Positions 18,013-25,896 of a stretch of DNA of 35,181 nucleotides are shown piece after piece. Both the position numbers and the translations under genes were made by a program. The stretch comes from a virus. Lineage: Duplodnaviria; Caudoviricetes. The DNA is taken from positions 1 to 35,181 of IMG/VR virus record IMGVR_UViG_3300005263_000008; one strand, 5' to 3'. The number at the start of each line of letters is the position of its first letter. Within the stretch, counting starts at the first letter, position 1. The notes under the pieces were generated by a model that was not told the origin of the DNA, searched no databases, and saw nothing but the letters and a program-made list of their open reading frames with translations.

Positions 18013-19761
18013 ATGCTCAAGCGAATCCTAACCGCGTTCCTCTTCCCGCTCCTGGTTTTCGCCCAGGCGCCGAAGGTAACCGTCACCACGAGGCAGGCGG
18101 CGGGAGCTGCGCTCACCTTCGTCCAGGCTGACAAGAATTTCACCGATCTCCAGGCCGCGGCCAACGCCAGCCGAAGGGCCTGGGGCTGGAAGGAGTCGGC
18201 CACCTCTGGTCTCACCTGGGCCTATTACGGCGGGCCCGCCTGGAACGGGACCACCTGGACCATGATCTCGGATGGGACCCTCGCGCTGACCGCGAACGCC
18301 TCGAACTACATCGAGCGCACCGCGGGCGGCGCCGTCACCGTCAGCACCACCGGATGGACCGGGAACCTCCCTCTCGCTCTGGTGGTAACCGGCGCCTCCA
18401 GTGTCACGAGCACCACGGATTACCGGGGGAGCCTGGAGAGCGTGGCCCAGAGCCTCCCCAACGCTCCCGGGGGGCCACTCTTCGCTCTGAAGACAGCCTT
18501 GACCGAGGGGCTGACCACCGGCATCCAGATCCTCAGCGACAGCACGGGCAACGACACCACCGACTGGCCCTACATCCTGGCCCAGCAGATCGCGGCGTCC
18601 TACCCCAACTTCACCGTCGATCATCTGCTTTGGTCGGATGCAACCCAGACCTATGCAGCGCCCACCAGAATCCAGACCGGCACGGCTGGCGAGCGCTACC
18701 TGGATTGTGGGGCGGGGAACTACGCCAGCCTCACCGATCCCGCGACCTCAGTCGGCCCGACCACCACCACCACGCCGATCGACGTGCGCGCCAAGGTCTC
18801 GCTCACGTCCTGGACCCCTGCGGCCCTGCAATACATCATCATGCTCGACAAGGGCGCCGCTCCGGGCATTGGTTGGCGGTTCTACGTCAACACCGCGGGA
18901 ACCCTTGGGTTCCTTTGGTCTCCCGATGGAACGGCGGCTAATTCGGTCGCTTCCACCGTGGGAACCGGGTTCGCCGCCAATGACATTCGCTGGATCCGCT
19001 GCCTGTTCAACCCCAATGATGGGAGCGGGAACCGGGTCACAAAGTTCTACACCTCGACCGATGGCGCCACCTGGACCCAGCTCGGGACCACTGTCACCAC
19101 GGCAGGAGCGACCACTGTCTTCAACCCGCTCCCTACCTATGGTTACTGGATCGGTGGGGTCAACAACGGCCCGGCCATCTACACCAAGATCTATGCCGTC
19201 GACGTAAGGGATGGCGACACCGGGCCTTCCCTGGTCCCCATCATGCCGGATCTGTGGTCCACTCACGGCAGCGCGACCACGCCTCAGCCGCTGGTGGGAG
19301 CCCCGGTTCTAACTGTCGTCAACGGGTCCCACCCCGGCGCGAATATCTCCTACCTGGGCAACGCCACCCGGCTCCCGAAGATGGTCCCGAACTACGGGCA
19401 GGCCGTCACCTTCGCCTCTGACAACCACAACGAGGCCTACATCACCGGGGCGGCCTGGGGCGCCCTCTACAAGACCTGGACCGATCTGATCAAGGCTAAG
19501 CTCCCGAACGCTGGGATCGTGGCGATGACACAGAACCCCGAGACTTCGGCCGCCGTGCTCAATCGGACCCACGCCCGCCGCCGGCTGGACCTGCTCGGGT
19601 TCCGAGCGACTCAGGCCCTCGAGGTCATGGACATTTACAAGGTGTTCATGGACGCCGGATTCCCGGGGTCCCTGATGACGGACTCGGTCCATCCCAACAC
19701 GACGGGTTCGACCTTGTGGGCCACCTATGTAAAGCGGCGCATCGACCAGGCCACGCGCTAG
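18013..19761 (+). CDS. Tail fibre/spike-like protein with SGNH/GDSL esterase domain, inserted beta-sandwich and N-terminal signal peptide
   Basis: GGAGG RBS; SGNH blocks LSDSTG, NGSHPG, DNHNE and DSVHPN; Thr/Gly-rich beta insert between blocks I and II; last gene of the tail operon. Confidence 0.75.
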   Translation: MLKRILTAFLFPLLVFAQAPKVTVTTRQAAGAALTFVQADKNFTDLQAAANASRRAWGWKESATSGLTWAYYGGPAWNGTTWTMISDGTLALTANASNYIERTAGGAVTVSTTGWTGNLPLALVVTGASSVTSTTDYRGSLESVAQSLPNAPGGPLFALKTALTEGLTTGIQILSDSTGNDTTDWPYILAQQIAASYPNFTVDHLLWSDATQTYAAPTRIQTGTAGERYLDCGAGNYASLTDPATSVGPTTTTTPIDVRAKVSLTSWTPAALQYIIMLDKGAAPGIGWRFYVNTAGTLGFLWSPDGTAANSVASTVGTGFAANDIRWIRCLFNPNDGSGNRVTKFYTSTDGATWTQLGTTVTTAGATTVFNPLPTYGYWIGGVNNGPAIYTKIYAVDVRDGDTGPSLVPIMPDLWSTHGSATTPQPLVGAPVLTVVNGSHPGANISYLGNATRLPKMVPNYGQAVTFASDNHNEAYITGAAWGALYKTWTDLIKAKLPNAGIVAMTQNPETSAAVLNRTHARRRLDLLGFRATQALEVMDIYKVFMDAGFPGSLMTDSVHPNTTGSTLWATYVKRRIDQATR

Positions 19762-20060
19762 ATCCTCGAAGTCGCAATCGTCGGGCTCGACCGAAGCACC
19801 TGGTCGGGCCCGAAAACCATCGACACGATTTGCGACTCGCCACTCCCGAAGCTCGTCCCACGTGCCCAGGTCCAGGAGCACGTTGTCAGCTCTCCTTGGG
19901 AGACCATCGTCGTCGGGCGCCCCAGCTGGGCCTCGACCTGGGCCCGGGTCGTCACGCCTGGCCGGAAGGACTTCACGAGCTCCAGGTCGACCTTGGTCCC
20001 GCGCTGGACGACGCAGCCGGGGAGGATGACGAGCGCGGGGAGAATGGCGATTGAGCGCAT
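19758..20060 (-). CDS. Lipoprotein, SmpA/OmlA (BamE-like) fold
   Basis: MRSIAILPALVILPG-C lipobox; PGVTTRAQVEAQLGRP motif; GGAGG RBS and a TAGAAT hexamer upstream. Confidence 0.8.
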   Translation of the reverse strand: MRSIAILPALVILPGCVVQRGTKVDLELVKSFRPGVTTRAQVEAQLGRPTTMVSQGELTTCSWTWARGTSFGSGESQIVSMVFGPDQVLRSSPTIATSRI

Positions 20061-20223
20061 GGAACCTCCAGGATTGGGGACATTCTAGTCTGGTGGGGAG
20101 ACGGCCAGGTTTCGGATTGTCCGACTCTTTTTAAGCACCTTTGCGGAGTGCAATTATACTAGTTTTTGACTCCCTCTGTCGTGAACGGAGCGCTAGGATC
20201 AGGATTCCTTTGGTGAGGTCTTT

Positions 20224-20448
20224 GTGACAGTCCCGGTCTCTCTTCTGCTCCTCCGGCTTGCGCTGGCTGTCTCCAGGAAGGACCGAAACACGGTCGCGGG
20301 AATCGCGAAGGACCCCCGGCACGTGGTCGCCCTGGCCGCCCTGGAAGCGGCCGACGAGATCAGCGGGATCCACCCGGCCTTCAAGGAGGGCCCAGTGGAA
20401 CTCCAGTGGAACTCCGTCACCGATCAAGGCCGTATTATCAACAGTTAG
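20224..20448 (+). CDS. Possible small hypothetical protein overlapping the attP arm
   Basis: GAGGT RBS before GTG, 74 aa; the 3' end runs through arm-type repeats, so it may be spurious. Confidence 0.35.
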   Translation: MTVPVSLLLLRLALAVSRKDRNTVAGIAKDPRHVVALAALEAADEISGIHPAFKEGPVELQWNSVTDQGRIINS

Positions 20449-20667
20449 CACCGGACAAGACCGGACAAAACTGGTTGATTGGGCGCCGGTTATGCTTGCT
20501 TGGAATTTGCGAAGATCCAGCATTGGCGCGGGTTCAGCGCAGCAGCGCCGAGCGGAACTACAAGAGATTGCTCGCCAGCTCCGCCAGCTTGCAATCAACG
20601 TTAACAAGTCTTTTATCATAGTAAGTTACGAAGCCCTTTCGGTTTTCAGTGGAACTGTGCTGGCACT
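20392..20667. other. Putative attP
   Basis: Downstream of int. Tandem CCAGTGGAACT x2 at 20392-20413; CAGTGGAACT at 20647-20656 plus a degenerate copy at 20657-20667; IHF-like TATCAACAGTTAG near 20436; candidate core at 20571-20586. Confidence 0.65.
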
Positions 20668-21831
20668 CGGAGCGACTCCCATTGCCGCGGCCATCCCGCG
20701 AATTGCTTCGACCTGGTCCTTCTTGCGCTGGACGATGTAGCGCAGCGTCGTCTCCGATTTCGTGTGCCCCATCATCTGCTGGATCTGCGTGAGCGGCGTC
20801 CCGATTTCCCAGAGCGTCGTCGCGAACGTCGCGCGGAGCCTGTGAGGATGCAGGCCCACGAGGCCCACCTTTCGCCCTGCCAGGCGGACGGTCCGCGCGA
20901 TGTATCCCTTCTTGTGCGCCTCGCCCGTCTCTGAGTCGGGCATCACGAGACCGGAGTCCGGGCGACCCTGGGCCTCCCAGCGCACCCGGAGGCGGTCCTG
21001 CAGGCTCTCCTCGATGGGGACCTCGCGCGACTTCCGATTTTTCGTCTCGCCGACGATGTAAACGCCCCGCCTCCAATCGACCCACTCCCAGCGAAGGCCC
21101 AGCGCTTCGTGATCGCGGAGGCCGGCGAGCAGCTGCAGCCGAACCGCGAGGCGCTGGTCTTCGGAGCGCTCTCGCTCGACCTCGCGGGGCTCCTGGCTCT
21201 TCCGATTATACATCGGAGGGACGACGTCCACCGCATGGAGGAAGGCCGGGACGAGCTCGGGCCAGACGATCGCGCGGACGACCTCTTGAGGCTTGAGGCG
21301 CTGGACCTTCGGCATTTCCCCGACGATGTAGCCGCGCACCGCGGACCAGCCCCAGAGGTTGCCCAGCAGGCGGAAGATCGTGTTCACGCCTCCCTCGCCG
21401 CGGGGCCGCTCTCCGACGACCTTCCCGCCGCGGACGTAGAGAACCGGCTTCGCCAGGATCTCGACGCGGATCCGCTCGAGCTCGACGAGTGTCACGTCGA
21501 CCAGGCGCCGCGGGACGAGCTCGGCGAAGTGCTCCTCGATCGTGAACTGCATCTGCTTCCGGTGGGTCTCGCCCACGACCGGGCCGCGGATCTGAAGCCA
21601 GTCGTCGAGCACCTGGCCGAGCGTGGCGGGGAAGTCCTCGCGCTTGAGGCCCTGCTCCTCGAGGCCCCATCGATCGCGCTCCTTCGCGAGCCAGATCTTC
21701 GCCGCGTCGAAGCTCGTGCACCCCGTATCGCCGCGGCGGATCTTCCCGCGGAAGCGGACCAGGTAGAACCAGGTCGAGCCGCCGGGATACTTGACCAGGC
21801 CACCGCGGACCTTGGGCCTACGGTCGGCCAT
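20626..21831 (-). CDS. int: Tyrosine integrase
   Basis: AGLRDHE (R), K in ETKN, HRLRATFAT (HxxR), MGH, TLRY (Y); N-terminal three-stranded arm-binding-like domain. Confidence 0.96.
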   Translation of the reverse strand: MADRRPKVRGGLVKYPGGSTWFYLVRFRGKIRRGDTGCTSFDAAKIWLAKERDRWGLEEQGLKREDFPATLGQVLDDWLQIRGPVVGETHRKQMQFTIEEHFAELVPRRLVDVTLVELERIRVEILAKPVLYVRGGKVVGERPRGEGGVNTIFRLLGNLWGWSAVRGYIVGEMPKVQRLKPQEVVRAIVWPELVPAFLHAVDVVPPMYNRKSQEPREVERERSEDQRLAVRLQLLAGLRDHEALGLRWEWVDWRRGVYIVGETKNRKSREVPIEESLQDRLRVRWEAQGRPDSGLVMPDSETGEAHKKGYIARTVRLAGRKVGLVGLHPHRLRATFATTLWEIGTPLTQIQQMMGHTKSETTLRYIVQRKKDQVEAIRGMAAAMGVAPSASTVPLKTERAS

Positions 21832-22348
21832 GGAAGACCGCCGGCGCGAGTGCCTCGTGCAGCTGCTCGAGCGTGAGCCTGTCCGGGCTGTCCAGGCCCA
21901 GGCTCTCGCAGTAGCTGATCAGCGTCGAGGCCGCGTTGATCCGCTGGACGAGCGGTAAGTCCTGGTGGAGGAGCCCCAGGTAGCCCTCGACCGCGCGCAG
22001 GAACGGCGGGATCCGCTCCATGGTCTCCGGCATCACGAGCTCGGCCTCTTCGGGGAACGAGCCCGCGGCTGGGACGCCGTCTATGGCCTGCAGCGCTCGG
22101 CGGAGTTCCTCAGTCCCGACCATCCGGAGCGCCTTGCGGACCGTGGCGTCTTCACCTGTGCGAAGCCACTCCGCATCCACTTCCAGGGCCGCGGCGATCT
22201 TCAATCGATTGGCGCCTCGCGGGGACCAGGTCCCGTTCTCCCAGTCGCTCCACGAGGACTGTGAGACGCCAGCAAGTTCCGCGGCTTGGTAGGTGGTCAG
22301 GCCTTTTTTTTCACGGGCGGATCTAATCCTGGACGCGATTCCGGACAT
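21818..22348 (-). CDS. Immunity repressor, XRE-family HTH
   Basis: IRSAREKKGLTTYQAAELAGVSQSSWSDWENG..P...LKIAAALEV..EWL; divergent from the early operon; overlaps the int start. Confidence 0.9.
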   Translation of the reverse strand: MSGIASRIRSAREKKGLTTYQAAELAGVSQSSWSDWENGTWSPRGANRLKIAAALEVDAEWLRTGEDATVRKALRMVGTEELRRALQAIDGVPAAGSFPEEAELVMPETMERIPPFLRAVEGYLGLLHQDLPLVQRINAASTLISYCESLGLDSPDRLTLEQLHEALAPAVFHGRP

Positions 22349-22409
22349 TTTTCACCGCCCCTAAAAAAACCACTGGAAACCCGTTCAAACCCGGTTAACC
22401 TTTGATCAT

Positions 22410-22459
22410 CCGGTTTCAAACGGTATCACCCGAGATCAACCGGTTTTATCCGTTCCCAT
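22410..22459 (+). repeat. Five 10-bp-period degenerate repeats (CCGGTTTCAA-like) in the switch region
   Basis: ccggtttcaa acggtatcac ccgagatcaa ccggttttat ccgttcccat. Confidence 0.75.
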
Positions 22460-22552
22460 CCTTTCGGCACCCCACCAAAAACCATTAACCAGATCCCCGA
22501 AGTCAAGAAACCAGCCCCAACTGGGCGGCCTTTGGCCTACAGCGAGGTAAGT

Positions 22553-22933
22553 ATGGAACCAGTTTCGACCAGCGTCAACCAGTCCCAACAGGTTTCAACC
22601 AGTTTCGACCGGCTGGCACTTGCAAAAAACTGGCTGTCTGGCGACCGCTCCACCCCCGAGCCGACCCTCTACGCCCACGAGATCCGGGCCCTCCTGGTGG
22701 AGCACACCGGGAAGGGCAGGGCGGTCGAGACCCTGATCGCCATGGGCCAGTCCGGAGAAATCCCGGCCTATGAGGACCGCAGCCGGCGGACCCGGAACGG
22801 CGGCCACCCCACGGTCTTCCGCTGGTCCGAGGTCATGCCGATCCTCGTCGGCCGAGCTCGGAGCCAGGGCGCGGGCTCGACCAAGATCGTCCCCATCACC
22901 CCCGTCCGCACACCCGCCCGGCGCGCCCGCTGA
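22553..22933 (+). CDS. Cox/Xis-like DNA-binding protein (first early gene)
   Basis: GAGGT RBS before ATG22553; GEIPAY...TVFRWSEV resembles the winged-helix excisionase pattern; cro position. Confidence 0.6.
   Translation: MEPVSTSVNQSQQVSTSFDRLALAKNWLSGDRSTPEPTLYAHEIRALLVEHTGKGRAVETLIAMGQSGEIPAYEDRSRRTRNGGHPTVFRWSEVMPILVGRARSQGAGSTKIVPITPVRTPARRAR
22559..22608 (+). repeat. Five 10-bp-period repeats (CCAGTTTCRA-like) in the 5' end of the Cox/Xis-like gene
   Basis: ccagtttcga ccagcgtcaa ccagtcccaa caggtttcaa ccagtttcga. Confidence 0.8.
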
Positions 22934-22955
22934 TGGCCCCCGCTGGACATAACAA

Positions 22956-22976
22956 GGCCCGGTCGTGACCCGGGCC
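22956..22976 (+). terminator. Hairpin after the first early gene (attenuator or terminator candidate)
   Basis: GGCCCGG-TCGTGAC-CCGGGCC followed by CATTT. Confidence 0.4.
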
Positions 22977-23007
22977 CATTTCGCCGCCCTAGCGGCTTGG
23001 AGATTGC

Positions 23008-23565
23008 ATGGAAAATAATCACCCCACGAGCCCGGCCGGTCAAGGGCTCCATGAGGCCGAGATCGCGGCGAAGGCCGCGCTCTTCGGGACTGGCGGGGCC
23101 CAGGGCTACCTCCCGGCCACCCTGTCCCTCATGGCCGGCCACCCCACCGCGACCGAGCTGGAGGAGGCCTCCGAGCTCCTGGCCCTGGCGACCCTCGCGA
23201 TCCGCCGCTGGCGCCGCGCTGTCATCGATGCCGGGCCCAGGACCAGCCAGACCGGGCGGACGACCGAACAGGTCGCCCCGGAGATCCTCCGCCAGCTCCT
23301 CGACGACATGGCCCAGCTGACCTACGAGCAGCCCACGACGGACGAGATCGAGCGCGCCATCGGGTTCGTTCTCCCCGCCGTCCAGAAGCTCCTCCGGGAC
23401 TGGATTACCTCCCGCAACCTGATCCAGGCCCAGGCCATCCAGGCCGCCGAGTTCCGTGCCCGCCACCCCGAGGTCGCCATCGTGCTCGGGAACATGACCC
23501 CCCGGCCCGGCATCCACCCCGTCCTCCACGACCTCGTCCGTCCCTTCGTGCAGGGGGGGCGCTAA
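23008..23565 (+). CDS. Hypothetical protein
   Basis: GGAG RBS, backbone-like codon usage, TAATG coupling to the next gene. Confidence 0.8.
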   Translation: MENNHPTSPAGQGLHEAEIAAKAALFGTGGAQGYLPATLSLMAGHPTATELEEASELLALATLAIRRWRRAVIDAGPRTSQTGRTTEQVAPEILRQLLDDMAQLTYEQPTTDEIERAIGFVLPAVQKLLRDWITSRNLIQAQAIQAAEFRARHPEVAIVLGNMTPRPGIHPVLHDLVRPFVQGGR

Positions 23566-24080
23566 TGACCGGCCTCCGCCTCTACGACATCCCCGAGGTC
23601 TTCCGGAAGATCGAGGAGCACCTGCTGGAAACCGGCGGGGAGCTGACCCCCGAGCTCGAGGCCCTCATGACCGAGGCCGGGATCGCCAGCGCCGAGAAGA
23701 TCGAGAACGCCTGGGCGGTCGTGAAGCACCTCCAGGCCTTCTCCGAGGCTGCGAAGGCCGAGGCTGATCGGCTGTCCAGCCGCGCCAAGGCCGCGGACGC
23801 CGCCGCCGACCGGCTCAAGGCCCTGATCCTCCCGGCCGTGACGGCCCTCGGCGGGAAGGTGAAGACCACCAAGTGGACGGTCTACACGACCACGCGCAAG
23901 GGCCAGGCCATCGACCTCAAGCCGGGCCACCAGTTCTTCGAGCTCCCTGGCGACTGGATCCGCGTCCGCGAGCCCGAGCTCAACAAGACCGCCATCAAGG
24001 ACGCGATCGCGAACGGGGCTCAGATCCCCGACGCCCTGGTCGTCGTCGACACCGCCACCACCTTCGTCTCCGCGAGGTAA
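23565..24080 (+). CDS. Siphovirus Gp157-family protein
   Basis: LYDI..GELTPE..KIEN..AEADRL..LK..PELNKTAIKDAI..GAQIP pattern. Confidence 0.85.
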   Translation: MTGLRLYDIPEVFRKIEEHLLETGGELTPELEALMTEAGIASAEKIENAWAVVKHLQAFSEAAKAEADRLSSRAKAADAAADRLKALILPAVTALGGKVKTTKWTVYTTTRKGQAIDLKPGHQFFELPGDWIRVREPELNKTAIKDAIANGAQIPDALVVVDTATTFVSAR

Positions 24081-24083
24081 CCC

Positions 24084-25289
24084 ATGGGGTTCCTGTCTCA
24101 AGAGTCGCGCCCCATGGCGCCCTGCATCCTGGTCCACGGCCTCCATGGGAAGGGGAAGACCGAGCGCGCCGTGAAGGGCGGCAAGCCCTTCGTGATCACG
24201 ACCGAGCTCAAGGCGCGGAACCGCGTCCGCAAGCTCAACCCCCAGGCCGACGGGTTCTTCCCTGAGAACCTGGTCGAGCTCGAGCAGCTCCTCGAGGTCC
24301 TGGGCTCCGAGCGGTTCCTGGGCGCCGGGTTCGACCGGGTCGTCCTGGACTCCTACACGGAGCTCACGAACGCGCTTCCCGACTGGATCATCCTCCGGCA
24401 CTCGCCCGGACTCAAGCTCGACCCGGGCCGCCTGATCGAAAAGCAGGAATACGGCCCGATCATGAACTGGGCGCTCGCGATCGTCGATGCCCTCATGCTC
24501 ACCGGCCTCCCGGTGATCATCCTGTGCCGTTCCGAGATCAAGGAAGGCGCGACGGTCCTCATGAGCACCGGATCGAGCGCGAAGCACCTCTCGTCGAAGG
24601 TGAACGCTACCTTCGAGGCCGTCTTCGACCAGGAGCTCGGCCACCTCTGGACCTCCGAGCCCTCTGCCACCTCGCCGCGCTGCGGCCTGGAAGAAGTCCC
24701 GCAGAAGTGGAACGGGCCCGCGGCCGAGCTCCTGGCCCTTATCGCGGGGACGTCGGCTCCTCTCGCTGTCGCCCCGCCCCCCGCCGCGCTGACGGCTGCT
24801 CAGGAGGTGGACCATGGCACCGGCCCCGGTAACGCCGGGGCGCCTGGTCCGGCCGCCTCCTCCGAGCCGGCACCGCCCACCCGTGAAGAGGTCAAGGCCG
24901 CGGCCTACGCCGCGCCGGCCCAGACCCTCGGAGACGTCGCCGCGAACGTTCGCGAGGCCCAGGCCTCCGCGGCGCCGTCCGTCTCCCAGGCGGCTTCGGA
25001 CTTCGTCGACGGCGTCTCCCCCGAGGTCGCCAAGGGCGAGGAGATCCAGGCCCTGCTCCTGCTCTGCGAGGAACACCGTGAGGTCGATCAGTCCCGCCTC
25101 CTGCACTACCTCCAGATCCAGGGCGGCGTGGTCCCCGTGCCTGGCCGTGTCCCCTGCTACGCCGACCTCCGCCCGGCCTCCGTGGCCGCCGTGATTCCCA
25201 TCTTGCGCGACGAGAACCGCCGCCGCGCCTTCGTCGCCCACCTCAACAACGGTCGCTATTCCACCCCAACCCCCACCCCCACGGCCTAA
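24084..25289 (+). CDS. Sak4-like AAA ATPase (single-strand annealing recombinase) with C-terminal extension
   Basis: Walker A GLHGKGKT, Walker B VVLDSYT; between Gp157 and SSB-like genes; Ala/Pro linker and extra domain. Confidence 0.8.
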   Translation: MGFLSQESRPMAPCILVHGLHGKGKTERAVKGGKPFVITTELKARNRVRKLNPQADGFFPENLVELEQLLEVLGSERFLGAGFDRVVLDSYTELTNALPDWIILRHSPGLKLDPGRLIEKQEYGPIMNWALAIVDALMLTGLPVIILCRSEIKEGATVLMSTGSSAKHLSSKVNATFEAVFDQELGHLWTSEPSATSPRCGLEEVPQKWNGPAAELLALIAGTSAPLAVAPPPAALTAAQEVDHGTGPGNAGAPGPAASSEPAPPTREEVKAAAYAAPAQTLGDVAANVREAQASAAPSVSQAASDFVDGVSPEVAKGEEIQALLLLCEEHREVDQSRLLHYLQIQGGVVPVPGRVPCYADLRPASVAAVIPILRDENRRRAFVAHLNNGRYSTPTPTPTA

Positions 25290-25315
25290 CGGCCGCCCCG
25301 AAAGGACCCCGCACC

Positions 25316-25888
25316 ATGCGTATTCCCATCAACGGCATGAGCGCCGAAGCGCTCGCCAAGACCAGCGCCGAGGCGAAGAGCGTCCGCCGAGACTTCCCGG
25401 TCAACCCCTACAAATACACCCGGTTCACCGGCCTCGTTGAGAAGGTCGAGACCAAGACCATCGGCGACGATGAGAAGTTGGCGATCTACGCCCGGAACGG
25501 CGAGTGCGTCGCCGAGATCCTGGTCAACCTCGACGTTCGGAAGACCATCCCCGGTTCCAACAAGAGCGCCGAGGACCAGGCCCAGGAGAACCTCTCCCGC
25601 CTCCTGCTGGCCGTGAAGGTCCTCGACCTCGCGACCGAGGACGGAACGGGGATCGACGACAGCAAGTATGCGAAGGCCCGTGGGAAGGCCATCGCCTTCT
25701 CGGGCAAGCAGACCGGAACCCGCGTCTGGGAGGGCAAGGTCTTCCCGAAGACCAGCTTCTTCCTGGACGGCCTGGCCCAGGAGATGACCCCCGTCCAGCC
25801 CTGGACCGACGGCAGCCAGACCCACACCCCCGCGCCGGCCAGCTCTTCGGCCTCGGGTTCCTCCACTCCGCTCGACATCCCGTTCTGA
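25316..25888 (+). CDS. Single-stranded DNA-binding protein candidate
   Basis: Follows the Sak4-like gene; disordered tail ending LDIPF. Confidence 0.7.
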   Translation: MRIPINGMSAEALAKTSAEAKSVRRDFPVNPYKYTRFTGLVEKVETKTIGDDEKLAIYARNGECVAEILVNLDVRKTIPGSNKSAEDQAQENLSRLLLAVKVLDLATEDGTGIDDSKYAKARGKAIAFSGKQTGTRVWEGKVFPKTSFFLDGLAQEMTPVQPWTDGSQTHTPAPASSSASGSSTPLDIPF

Positions 25889-25896
25889 GGCGCGCC

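Noticed and set aside
13792-19761. Diversity-generating retroelement or invertible tail-fibre switch
   Set aside because: No reverse transcriptase, no invertase, and no TR/VR-like repeat pair seen.
20119-20140. GACTCTTTTTAAGC as a tRNA-Lys anticodon-loop att core
   Set aside because: No tRNA stem context, and it lies outside the arm-repeat-bounded region.
22050-22090. GVPAAGSFP in the repressor as a LexA-like Ala-Gly cleavage site
   Set aside because: No downstream S24 Ser/Lys catalytic motifs are visible.
22470-22510. Minus-strand TTGACT as the -35 of the repressor promoter
   Set aside because: No convincing -10 hexamer at 16-18 bp spacing, so it was not called.
22370-22612. Repeat arrays here and at 32216-32475 as CRISPR arrays
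   Set aside because: Units are 6-10 bp, degenerate, have no unique spacers, and no cas genes are present.
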